Shown: piece after piece, positions 1 to 8,072 of the stretch | Numbering within the stretch: position 1 is the stretch's first letter | How the letters are laid out: each line of letters opens with the position of its first letter | Virus record (IMG/VR): IMGVR_UViG_3300013383_000021 | Span: 1-27,766 of that record | Reading direction: 5' to 3' (one strand) | From: a virus | Lineage: Duplodnaviria; Heunggongvirae; Uroviricota; Caudoviricetes | Length of the DNA: 27,766 nucleotides | Position numbers and translations under genes: made by a program | The notes under the pieces: generated by a model | Seen by the model: the letters and a program-made list of their open reading frames with translations, nothing else | Databases searched by the model: none | Told to the model about the DNA's origin: nothing

Positions 1-783
1 CCCGCAGCTAATATTCATATCATCAGCATACCTAGTATACGCGAACCTTCTACCCTTCCCGTCAGGGCTATTCGCCGGGTCCTGCAGGCTACGCAGAAAC
101 TTGCTGAACTCAAAATCAAATGGAATCATAATCAGGTTGGTCAGCATCGGGCTAATCGGCGTTCCCATAGGCAGCCCTCCATCCAGGAAGCAAAGCGACA
201 GAGCTTTTTTAAGTTCCTCTCTCCCGTTCTTGTGTTCCATGATGAGGCAGAACGGGTAAATTACAGACAGCGCGTTCCATACAAACTTCGGGGTAGTGTT
301 AGGAAAGAAACCGCTGATGTCGGTCTTTAAATACCACTTGCTCTTATTCCACTGGTGGACTTTAGCAGCATCTACACTGCTTCTATTCTTAACATAAGCG
401 TACGCAGCGGCGTGGCTGCTCGCATAAAACTCAGATTCTAACAGCAGCTTCAGTTCTCGCAGACAGTTCATCAGTTCATCGTCCGGCGCGTTAATTTCTC
501 TCATACCGCCGCTCTTTTTCGGGATAAAGAACCTGTGGTAATGCGTGTGGAGATCGCTCTCAAGTAGCCCTTGATACTTCCTGTTGAATGCTTTCAGCAG
601 TTCGATCTTCTTCTCCGTGTCGAACCCTGCCAGAATTCTCTTAGGCAGTCGTTCATATGTAATCGTCTTAGTGTACACTGTCCTCGACTCTCGTACGTGC
701 TTATCCTGCAGCAGTGCGAGCATAACATCTTCCAGAGAAATCTGCTTGTAATTCTCTGTGACTTTAGCTGTTACATAAATCAT
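1..783 (-). CDS. Retron-type reverse transcriptase, N-terminal 261 codons, runs off the window edge
   Basis: Hand translation from ATG at 783 (SD AAGGAG) is open to position 1. Motifs: IPKKSGGMREINAP, AYAYVKNRSSVDAAKVH (retron region X-like), YLKTDISGFFPN, LPMGTPISPMLTNL, YTRYADDMNIS. Absent from the ORF track because no stop lies in the window. Confidence 0.93.
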   Translation of the reverse strand, partial: MIYVTAKVTENYKQISLEDVMLALLQDKHVRESRTVYTKTITYERLPKRILAGFDTEKKIELLKAFNRKYQGLLESDLHTHYHRFFIPKKSGGMREINAPDDELMNCLRELKLLLESEFYASSHAAAYAYVKNRSSVDAAKVHQWNKSKWYLKTDISGFFPNTTPKFVWNALSVIYPFCLIMEHKNGREELKKALSLCFLDGGLPMGTPISPMLTNLIMIPFDFEFSKFLRSLQDPANSPDGKGRRFAYTRYADDMNISCG

Positions 784-801
784 ATTGTTCTCCTTGTTCT
801 T

Positions 802-1124
802 TATCTGAAACTATATATGGCTTGGCTTGAGCCTGTAGGCATCTATCCTGACGATAGGTTTATTGCTACCTATAGGCGCAGACGCGACGCTGTGCTAACC
901 CACATTGGTGGATAGAGCATAGGTGCCGTGATTCTCAATAACCGAGTGGGTGTCCTCTCGTCTGCATGCTGGAGGAGGGTATCGACGAGCTTGAGCCTAT
1001 GAATACCGGCAGCGGTAACTAAATCTGAGTCGCCTGTCGTCGTCCCCGCCTCTCCGGACAATGTATTACTCTTCCGTTCCGGCAAGAGTTTCTATTTTTT
1101 TCAAATAGAAAGTGCTTTCAGATA
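802..1124 (-). ncRNA. Retron ncRNA (msr-msd) 1, directly upstream of the RT
   Basis: a1/a2 inverted repeat UAUCUGAAA (1124-1116) / UUUCAGAUA (810-802). Unpaired G at 1115 faces a G at 811. It is followed by two msr-like hairpins and a long branched region. Confidence 0.8.
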
Positions 1125-1160
1125 GTTAAATCAGGTTTGGTTGTTAGTTAACCACTAGCG

Positions 1161-1835
1161 TTAGTATGCTTCCATAGTAAAATCAAAGGCGTCGATCAGA
1201 ACCATCTTCTTGATCGGACGCCCGTTCACAAAATTCATAAAATTTGCCACCGCGCAAGAGCAAATCATCCGCACAGAAGGTGCGATACTAAGTTCCAGAT
1301 TACACGCAGATCGAGGAGTCTCAGCCAGGGCTTCCTCCTGGGTAAACTGCATGGAGTTAATCAGGTTTCTAACCATCTCGTTAGACCCCCAATCCGCAGC
1401 GAAGTGCTGCGCGTCTGTCAGCCGAAGTCTGGTATCAAACACAGCTTTGATGTATGGATTTCTAACGTTGTCTTCGCAAATTTTTCTACGGAGGTCAATG
1501 TTGTCTACCATAAGGAAGACGTAGCCGGACAGACGCTGGTTGGTGTATCCTTCCTGAACCACATCGATGCCGTTTGCGTCTGGGTTGATACTCAACATCA
1601 AATCTTTTACAGCCTCAGCTTTATTTCTACCGATATCGCTATCCTTGAACATCTGATTCGCGATATTGTGCGGCTCAACTTTATCGAAATCATACAGAGT
1701 AACCTTCTCAAGCCCAGCTCTCGCCAACAACTCAGCTACCGTGGAGCCGGACGCGCCACATCCAATGATATGTACCCTCTCCTTGACCTTCGTAGGGTTA
1801 AAAAACTCAATACTCTTCGATAAATTCATCTTCAT
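1161..1835 (-). CDS. ThiF/E1-like adenylyltransferase (ubiquitin-activating enzyme-like)
   Basis: IIGCGASGS nucleotide-binding loop, DFDKVEPHNIANQ, VDNIDLR, and a C-terminal Cys (SACN). Confidence 0.92.
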   Translation of the reverse strand: MKMNLSKSIEFFNPTKVKERVHIIGCGASGSTVAELLARAGLEKVTLYDFDKVEPHNIANQMFKDSDIGRNKAEAVKDLMLSINPDANGIDVVQEGYTNQRLSGYVFLMVDNIDLRRKICEDNVRNPYIKAVFDTRLRLTDAQHFAADWGSNEMVRNLINSMQFTQEEALAETPRSACNLELSIAPSVRMICSCAVANFMNFVNGRPIKKMVLIDAFDFTMEAY

Positions 1836-2178
1836 ACCTCCTTATAACATCAAACAGCTTAGAAACAGATTTTTCATCAACAGAACAAGCATCTTTAACC
1901 AGCTCGACCATCCACGGACGCCATAATAAATTTCCAGTTTCTTTTGCTAAGAACCTCGAAAGATTGTCGTCCCAACTATGAGTATGCCAACTCGCGTTTT
2001 CTACCGTTAATATTCTCCCACAATACCTTTCATGGTCACTACTAAAACAACCCGCACCACCAGATCCAAGAAGGAATATACTTCCTGGGTTAATCTGTTC
2101 AGCAATACGCGCATCTGGTCTTAAGAGCAGCTCGCTCCACTCTTTAACTCTAAATTTCTGACCAACCACGATATTCAA
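1807..2178 (-). CDS. Hypothetical small protein with a VDE..L-type C-terminal motif
   Basis: 123-aa ORF, SD GAGGTG, TTG start, tightly packed in the operon. Confidence 0.7.
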   Translation of the reverse strand: MNIVVGQKFRVKEWSELLLRPDARIAEQINPGSIFLLGSGGAGCFSSDHERYCGRILTVENASWHTHSWDDNLSRFLAKETGNLLWRPWMVELVKDACSVDEKSVSKLFDVIRRYEDEFIEEY

Positions 2179-2191
2179 AATACCACCTCTA

Positions 2192-2524
2192 TCACAACAA
2201 CAAACAGTTCATAAAAATCTCCTCATCAACGGATCTCTTTAATCGCAATACGCTTTTATAAAAGAGCATCTCCTTCTTGCCAACCCTCACTATATACCAG
2301 CCACCAAATTCACCCTTAATGATCTCGCCGCCGTCTCTTATGAACTCGCTAAAGTAAGGATCGTCCCCCGCGTACATCACATTGACGGCGCATATAAATC
2401 TTTCGCCGGTGATAATGTCTACGCTCCGCGACACAGCTCCATTCGGCAATGCCGCCCGTAAGTTATCATCAAATTCATCCCACGTTTTTGGAATAAACTC
2501 AACCTGCTGCCCAGGTCTAAACAT
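2192..2524 (-). CDS. Hypothetical small protein ending VDEEIFMNCLLL
   Basis: 110-aa ORF with SD GAGGTG. Confidence 0.8.
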   Translation of the reverse strand: MFRPGQQVEFIPKTWDEFDDNLRAALPNGAVSRSVDIITGERFICAVNVMYAGDDPYFSEFIRDGGEIIKGEFGGWYIVRVGKKEMLFYKSVLRLKRSVDEEIFMNCLLL

Positions 2525-2533
2525 TATATCACC

Positions 2534-2878
2534 TCACAACAATAAGCAATTCACAAGCGTCTCTTCGTCAACACGCTTCTCTCCTAATGGGAGCGGTGCC
2601 ACTTTATCCAATCCACTCTCCAGGCACTCATCTCTTACTTCGCCAGAGTCAATATGCCAAATCCAATAGTCATCCGGTTCCAGATAAATCGTAGCGCCGT
2701 ACTTATCCGGGGCGTTAAAATTGTCACCTTCAACCATTTCGAGTCCATCACTGACGCACTCCTGGAATACTAAATGAAACCTACGTTTCACGTGCTCTAC
2801 CGCACTCTCCAAATTCCCATAAACACCGGACAAATCAACACCCTGGTCTGTCTCGGTTATCACACAATACACTTTCAT
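2534..2878 (-). CDS. Hypothetical small protein ending VDEETLVNCLLL
   Basis: 114-aa ORF with SD AAGGAG immediately after ncRNA 3. Confidence 0.8.
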   Translation of the reverse strand: MKVYCVITETDQGVDLSGVYGNLESAVEHVKRRFHLVFQECVSDGLEMVEGDNFNAPDKYGATIYLEPDDYWIWHIDSGEVRDECLESGLDKVAPLPLGEKRVDEETLVNCLLL

Positions 2879-2892
2879 ACCACACTCTCCTT

Positions 2893-3092
2893 ACTTATGC
2901 GCCTCTGAACAGCTGAGGCGGAGCGAGGTGATACCATATTGGTAATATCGAGACTCCTACCAGCTGTTTAAGTTCAAAAGTTTTCCCGCTCCCAGCGCTG
3001 AAAACTTTTGAAGCTGCACCAATCATTTTGTTATTTCCTCGTTCCGATAAAAGTGATATGCGGCTCAACATATCTGTACAGGCACATATAGT
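2893..3092 (-). ncRNA. Retron-like ncRNA 3 (orphan msr-msd)
   Basis: a1 UAUGUGCCU (3088-3080) pairs with a2 AGGCGCAUA (2904-2896). G3079 faces G2905. Hairpin GAUAUG/CAUAUC, then ACUUUU-A-UCG-GAA-CGA-GGAAAU, and a perfect 13-bp TTCAAAAGTTTTC/GAAAACTTTTGAA hairpin. Confidence 0.65.
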
Positions 3093-3093
3093 T

Positions 3094-3789
3094 TTACTTA
3101 TTTAAAATCTTACCACCATACCGGTCAGGATGCTCATCAATATTTTCGTCTACGTCTTTCATGAACTCTTCAAGCTCAACTGCCACGTTCATGATCCACT
3201 CAACCCCATCCTGTAAATCACGCACATCCACGCCCTCGAAACATTCAATATTGTCGAAAATCACTCTACACAAATCATATACAACAAAATCGTACTTCCC
3301 CGTCGTGATTTTCACATTGTTGTCTTCATACAGGACGCCTTCTCTGACATCGTAAACCTGCGCAGAAATGCAGCCTTTCTTGTTAAAAATCTGGAAGACG
3401 TAAAAATCATCAATGTCTGTCAATAAGTCCTCTCTATACTTCATATCGGTAGAAGAAGGAGCGACGCCCATATTTACGTGCGAGTGGCCATACAGCCGAA
3501 CCTTATTAAATGTCTCCGCGTCAAGAGAGTTTTGCCAATTCACATAGTCTTCGTCATCAGGCTCAGTGCTTGTCGATGTAACCTTCTGTGGAAAGACCAA
3601 GATGTCTTCCACAATAAACTCAGCCGGTTTTTCCGACCGTCTTACAACTCCATGCCACCCAACCTCCAAGTTCCTATTCATAATAAGTAAGCACGTTTTC
3701 ATCCATGCCTTTTTACTGTATGTGATTTCGCACGGACTAGTCGCAGTCAACAAATCCGTTGCGTTAGTAGCTTTAATCATCATTCTCAC
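3094..3789 (-). CDS. JAB/MPN-domain metallopeptidase (deubiquitinase-like)
   Basis: E(VGWHG) and H-S-H-x7-S-x2-D (HSHVNMGVAPSSTD) JAMM motif. Confidence 0.9.
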   Translation of the reverse strand: MRMMIKATNATDLLTATSPCEITYSKKAWMKTCLLIMNRNLEVGWHGVVRRSEKPAEFIVEDILVFPQKVTSTSTEPDDEDYVNWQNSLDAETFNKVRLYGHSHVNMGVAPSSTDMKYREDLLTDIDDFYVFQIFNKKGCISAQVYDVREGVLYEDNNVKITTGKYDFVVYDLCRVIFDNIECFEGVDVRDLQDGVEWIMNVAVELEEFMKDVDENIDEHPDRYGGKILNK

Positions 3790-5188
3790 TCTCCTTTATC
3801 CATTTGATTGCTTCAATATAATTAACCATCTGTCCGTCCGGTAATTCCAACACTACGGCGTCTTCTCTGAACAACTCTTCGAGGAACGATCTCAGTACGA
3901 CAGTATCACTAAGATTCAGATTTCCATTTTCAGCACACGTTGTATCTACCGCATAAACGTAATCACATTTATCGCAAGATTTCTCAAGCGCCTGTTGCCA
4001 GCTTCCCATGCAACCATATTTATCGAGATGTGTGTTAGGGAGATAGCTGCTGTATTCGCGGCTATACCCATATACCTTGATGGGCAACACCGCTCCTCCG
4101 AAAGAGAGTCTCCACGCGGAGCACATCCTTACCTTGATATTGGAGTCAACGAAAATCCCTGTCATTAAACTCTCAACATCACTTTCTGTTAGCCCTACGT
4201 ACGAAGACCGCGCATAAAAAACTGATGTCCGATTATTGATGTACTCTCTTGCAATTTCCGGATCAAACAGCGTCATATAGCCGGTTACGACGTACAGAAT
4301 ATTCCCATCTTTGTCGCTGCTCTCAATAGACACGTTTTTGTTCGACAGGAAATAGTCCATCAGCTCGTTCTTGCTCTCAACATTACTGTTGTCGATTGCT
4401 GCCACCAACAAAGACTGTTCTTCGTACTCTCTGTACAAATTTTTCAAACCGGACATCATCTTGCTAATTGAATTTCTCGTACGCTCCATTTGTTCTGCAT
4501 ATTTTTCTCGCTGGATATTTCTCAGTCTAGCTTCATAGCCATAAAGATGATATCTTTTTTTAGCTGAATCCACATCCACAACAGCAGTGACCATATCATT
4601 CATCGCTTTGCAGACCGCGCTTCTACAGGAATCTTCTTTGGACAGAATCTTAATAAATTCTGACTCCGCTTCTGTTCTATCTTTGATATACCACGGGCAG
4701 AACATATTGAAGAGGCACGCCAAGTAGTGCCATGAACTATAGCTGTCCACATTGGTGAGGACAACCGTGCTCTTCTTCTTATTATTCCTAAAGATTCTCA
4801 GCATAATGTTGAGCTGTTCTTTCATCAGGCCAAGCTCTCTTGCCGTCTGCTCTTCCCAGTCGCTTGCGATCTTCATGTTGCCAACTAAAGATTCGGCGAC
4901 TTTAACTTTGTCCCATACGCAAAATGTAATCGTGTTATCTTGAGAAGTTACTTCCGAAAAACGCTCCTTGTCTTCCGCCCACGTACTCCAATCAGCACAG
5001 TTAGAATCTACCACTCTGACCGTAACACGCGCGTCCGCCGAAACTCTTGACCTTAAAAACAGCCGAGCCATCGCAAGCGCGAAGTCATCGCCTTTGAACG
5101 TCCCGTCACCAACAATATTAGAGAACTCAGACTCCAGCTCTGGACTCAACACTAAAACTTCGCTGCGTTTCAAACAACTTGAAAACAT
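3773..5188 (-). CDS. Large coiled-coil protein with a putative C-terminal prokaryotic E2-like domain
   Basis: Start moved to ATG 5188 (SD AAAGGAG). LPNTHLDKYGCMG resembles the prok-E2 His...Cys motif. It lies between the Ubl and JAB genes. Confidence 0.6.
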   Translation of the reverse strand: MFSSCLKRSEVLVLSPELESEFSNIVGDGTFKGDDFALAMARLFLRSRVSADARVTVRVVDSNCADWSTWAEDKERFSEVTSQDNTITFCVWDKVKVAESLVGNMKIASDWEEQTARELGLMKEQLNIMLRIFRNNKKKSTVVLTNVDSYSSWHYLACLFNMFCPWYIKDRTEAESEFIKILSKEDSCRSAVCKAMNDMVTAVVDVDSAKKRYHLYGYEARLRNIQREKYAEQMERTRNSISKMMSGLKNLYREYEEQSLLVAAIDNSNVESKNELMDYFLSNKNVSIESSDKDGNILYVVTGYMTLFDPEIAREYINNRTSVFYARSSYVGLTESDVESLMTGIFVDSNIKVRMCSAWRLSFGGAVLPIKVYGYSREYSSYLPNTHLDKYGCMGSWQQALEKSCDKCDYVYAVDTTCAENGNLNLSDTVVLRSFLEELFREDAVVLELPDGQMVNYIEAIKWIKESENDD

Positions 5189-5269
5189 ATTTTTTACTCC
5201 TTTCTTTGTGAACTCTTGGCAAGTCACCTAGTGTGACCAGGCTACCTCCCAACAGCTCGCTACATTATG

Positions 5270-5298
5270 TACGAGGCCGGGCATTGCCCGGCCTCGTA
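5270..5298. repeat. Perfect 13-14 bp hairpin between the Ubl and E2-like genes
   Basis: TACGAGGCCGGGCA-T-TGCCCGGCCTCGTA; no U-tract on the transcribed strand. Confidence 0.8.
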
Positions 5299-5316
5299 GT
5301 CGTGTGCTAATTTGAA

Positions 5317-5556
5317 TTAGATTGCGTTACCCTGCGCCTTAACAATAGCACTCAGGGTACATACTCCAACAGCACCAAGTTCTGCAAAGGTGCAATCCAT
5401 ATCATCAGGCATCAGAATCGTGCCGGACAGAGAGTTGACGCTGCGGCTGTAGTCAACCCCAATCTTTTCAAACAGAGAACGAGGGGTTTCCGCGTTTTCG
5501 TTTACGGCTTGACCATCAAAACGACGGGTAGTGCTACGAACATTAACAATAATCAT
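5317..5556 (-). CDS. Prokaryotic ubiquitin-like (beta-grasp) protein
   Basis: 79 aa with a beta-beta-alpha-beta pattern and C-terminus IVKAQGNAI. SD AGAAAGGAAG. Context is E1/E2/JAB genes. Confidence 0.7.
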   Translation of the reverse strand: MIIVNVRSTTRRFDGQAVNENAETPRSLFEKIGVDYSRSVNSLSGTILMPDDMDCTFAELGAVGVCTLSAIVKAQGNAI

Positions 5557-5601
5557 ATTATACTTCCTTTCTGTTAGTGCGTTTATGTTTATCGGTTACT
5601 T

Positions 5602-5991
5602 TCAGCCTGCCACTACGATCTTGGAACCGACACGTGCCAGCATAACGTCGATTTCTTCCAGTGCTTCGCGCATCTGAGCTTCAATCTTTTCGACCTTCTC
5701 GATAACAGACGCATATCTCTCAGCGACAACCTCGCGTACGGGGCGGTCAGCTTCGGTAATGAGACTCACAGTTACGACTGCGCGGCCAGAACCGTCGCAG
5801 GATTCAGCCTCATAGATGATGCCGGTCGGTGCCACCGCACCTCTTTCACCGACGAGAGTGTAGAACAGCGCATCGCCGTCTTCGTCCAGTAGCTGCACGG
5901 ACTTAGGGCGATACAGAGTTGCGCGTTCAATTTCCTCGATACTGAAAGCGCTCTTAAAAGTTACTGCGTTACCACATACAATAATATCCAT
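5602..5991 (-). CDS. Hypothetical protein, C-terminal coiled coil (129 aa)
   Basis: Start re-assigned to ATG 5991 (SD AAAGGAG). The longer start in the track lies inside ncRNA 2. Confidence 0.8.
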   Translation of the reverse strand: MDIIVCGNAVTFKSAFSIEEIERATLYRPKSVQLLDEDGDALFYTLVGERGAVAPTGIIYEAESCDGSGRAVVTVSLITEADRPVREVVAERYASVIEKVEKIEAQMREALEEIDVMLARVGSKIVVAG

Positions 5992-6019
5992 ACTATGTAC
6001 TCCTTTTTTCGTGTTATTG

Positions 6020-6361
6020 AACTCAGTTATAACCAACGTTACATTCCTAAACATGGATGCTCGCCCACTCTGGATACCCATAAGAGCCTGGGTAATGTAA
6101 GCCTGCGAGCGGAACGCTTACGTTACTCGACTGCAAGGCTCAGCTTATCCGCTTTGCTTCGACCCTTTTGTTAGGGTGTCCCGAGGTATCTGTGCTGCGG
6201 ATGTGGTTGGCGAACCTGCACCGTAATCGCGAGCAGGCAGGAGCAATTGCCTGGCAGCGGCGGCCTCTCTTTCAGCAATATGTTACTATCCCGTTCCGGC
6301 AATAGTTTCTCTCTTTTTTTTTGAGAAAGTGCGAATGCTTTGTCGGTTATTAACTGGAGTT
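6020..6361 (-). ncRNA. Retron-like ncRNA 2 (orphan msr-msd)
   Basis: About 24-bp interrupted a1/a2 stem (6361-6333 with 6046-6020). G6332 faces G6047. Followed by CACU, a UUCUC/GAGAA hairpin and ACUAUU-G-CCG-GAA-CGG-GAUAGU, which is near-identical to ncRNA 1 with compensatory changes. Confidence 0.75.
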
Positions 6362-6390
6362 ACTGACGTTTGTTCAAATTGCGATTCTAT

Positions 6391-7257
6391 TTATGCGTTA
6401 TCAATTCTCTGCTGGCCGTTATTCCAAACGACCAAGCAATCAGGATCGGGAACACCTTTGGTTTCCTTACCATCCAGCCATCTAGACAGTACGTAAGAGG
6501 TTGTCAAGAACACACGGTGACGGTAATGCTTACACCGGCCATCAATAGTGGAATCCTTAATCCAATCTCTCAGTCGGACGATCTGTCTGTCCAAACTAGA
6601 CTCAGCGTAACCGGTCTGGAGGACATTCCAGAAGTATTCAAGCTTAACATCGCTTGCCCCGGCTTCTTTTGCCAGATACAGAGCAGCCGTAACCGGAGCA
6701 GTACCAAGCTTACGCTGCTTCACCTTCAAGAGACTATTGACCCAGGAGAATTCAGTAATATGCTTCGAAATCATGTCCGCTCTCTTAGCTTCGTTCTCCA
6801 AGTGCCTCGCACTAAACTCGTTCAGAACCATACAGATTGCAACCGAGCGCTTGTAAGAAGAAATCTTGCCTCTGTTTCCACCCTCGGCCATCCACAATGC
6901 GTCGGCTTCGCTTCTCGCTCTGCCTCGGTCAATGTACGGACTACGCTCCATGTTGAACAGGAAGAACAGCTTCACGGTCTTGCCGCAACGTTTCACAGCT
7001 TCCAACCGGTGATGGCCGTCAATAAGAACACCGGCCTTATCAAACATGATAAAGCCGGTAGGGGTGTCTTCTTCCCACGTACCATTCATCATGTGGGACT
7101 TGTACTTATTCACGGTGTCCTTACTGATAGGGCGGTTGCCGCCAGACAAAGCCAGCAAACCCGTTGCCATCTCCGGAGACACGTAAGCGTATGCCAACTG
7201 TCCTCCGTTCCGTTCTTCGAGCAACAAATTGCTCAACAATTCTTCATAAGCTGTCAT
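6391..7257 (-). CDS. ParB/Srx-like (DGxHR) N-terminal domain protein
   Basis: NRPIS..V..Y...M..G.W and IMFDKAGVLIDGHHRLEAV motifs; SD AGGAGG. Confidence 0.75.
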   Translation of the reverse strand: MTAYEELLSNLLLEERNGGQLAYAYVSPEMATGLLALSGGNRPISKDTVNKYKSHMMNGTWEEDTPTGFIMFDKAGVLIDGHHRLEAVKRCGKTVKLFFLFNMERSPYIDRGRARSEADALWMAEGGNRGKISSYKRSVAICMVLNEFSARHLENEAKRADMISKHITEFSWVNSLLKVKQRKLGTAPVTAALYLAKEAGASDVKLEYFWNVLQTGYAESSLDRQIVRLRDWIKDSTIDGRCKHYRHRVFLTTSYVLSRWLDGKETKGVPDPDCLVVWNNGQQRIDNA

Positions 7258-7285
7258 TTGTATGTACCTCCTAAAAAAAATTTGC

Positions 7286-7362
7286 TGGTGGTTCCTGCCC
7301 GGCTCGAACGGGCGACCATCCAGTTATGAGCTGGACGCGCTAACCAACTGCGCTAAGGAACC
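7286..7362 (-). tRNA. tRNA with CAT anticodon (elongator Met or Ile2)
   Basis: Cloverleaf; TCCAG-CTCATAA-CTGGA; TTCGAGC T-loop; encoded CCA. Confidence 0.93.
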
Positions 7363-7369
7363 AGGTACG

Positions 7370-7402
7370 TTTAAGGCCGCTGATAAATTCAGCGGCCTTA
7401 AA
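7370..7402 (-). terminator. Hairpin, probable terminator or processing stem
   Basis: TTTAAGGCCGCTGA-TAAAT-TCAGCGGCCTTAAA. Confidence 0.55.
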
Positions 7403-7438
7403 CTGTTAATGAAAGCAAGTGTCCGTATAAAACGAACG

Positions 7439-7512
7439 TGGCAGCGCCGGATAGTGTCGAACTATCGTTCACGGAGTCAAAGTCCGTTGCATTACCGTTA
7501 TGCTACGGCGCT
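7439..7512 (-). tRNA. tRNA-Gln(TTG)
   Basis: ACGGA-CTTTGAC-TCCGT; acceptor AGCGCCG/CGGCGCT; CCA. Confidence 0.92.
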
Positions 7513-7618
7513 ATTTAAATCAAGCAGAGCAGAGTTTAAAGCCATTCCAGGCTATGTAAAGAAAGGAGGTGGTTTATCAACAATAACAGGTAGGAGAATC
7601 ATTTTCTGTTGCTTGACA

Positions 7619-7693
7619 TGGAGCAGGCGGCGGGTACTGACCCCGTGTTCCCGGTTTGGAAGACCGGTGTTCTAACCATTGAACTACACCTGC
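7619..7693 (-). tRNA. tRNA-Gly(TCC)
   Basis: CCGGT-CTTCCAA-ACCGG; CCA. Confidence 0.9.
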
Positions 7694-7694
7694 G

Positions 7695-7769
7695 TGGACT
7701 GAGTGGTCAGATTCGAACTGACAACCTCCTGACCCCAAATCAGGAGCGCTTCCATTGCGCTACACCCAG
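7695..7769 (-). tRNA. tRNA-Pro(TGG)
   Basis: CCTGA-TTTGGGG-TCAGG; TTCGAAT T-loop; CCA. Confidence 0.92.
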
Positions 7770-7772
7770 AGA

Positions 7773-7846
7773 TGGAGCTACCACCCAGAATCGAACTGGG
7801 ACTTATTGCTTACGAAACAACCGTTCAACCATTAAACTATAGTAGC
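7773..7846 (-). tRNA. tRNA-Thr(CGT)
   Basis: GTTGT-TTCGTAA-GCAAT; acceptor GCTACTA/TGGTAGC; CCA. Confidence 0.85.
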
Positions 7847-7847
7847 A

Positions 7848-7923
7848 TGGAGGCCGATGTGAGACTTGAACTCAACGTCTGCGGGTTACAAAGCCGCAAT
7901 TTTACCAGTTAAACTAATCGGCC
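7848..7923 (-). tRNA. tRNA-Thr(TGT)
   Basis: GCGGC-TTTGTAA-CCCGC; CCA. Confidence 0.88.
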
Positions 7924-8072
7924 ACGCCACCCTGCAAGGCAGGGTAACTATGTAAGGGAGATCAAAAAGGGGAACTCCTGTCTCTTCCAGGATGCCAACA
8001 CACTACTACGATTTACCAGAGGCAAACCGCCACTTTTCAGGTGTCATAGTCCGCAAACTATGGGCTTTTCTT

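Noticed and set aside
1-783. RT as a group II intron or DGR RT
   Set aside because: The motifs and the upstream a1/a2-G-msr architecture fit a retron. No template/variable repeat pair or group II intron domains are visible. The C-terminal region (VTG motif) lies outside the window, so the subtype is unconfirmed.
571-1085. Track ORFs 571-915 (+) and 870-1085 (-)
   Set aside because: They are antisense to the RT or lie inside ncRNA 1, with no SD and no recognisable motifs.
7262-7842. Plus-strand ORFs 7262-7675 and 7609-7842
   Set aside because: They are shadows of minus-strand tRNA genes.
8018-8068. c-di-GMP-I riboswitch-like GGCAAAC...GCAAA
   Set aside because: It is on the non-transcribed strand, lacks the GNRA/receptor arrangement, and is explained by a simple CATAGT/ACTATG hairpin.
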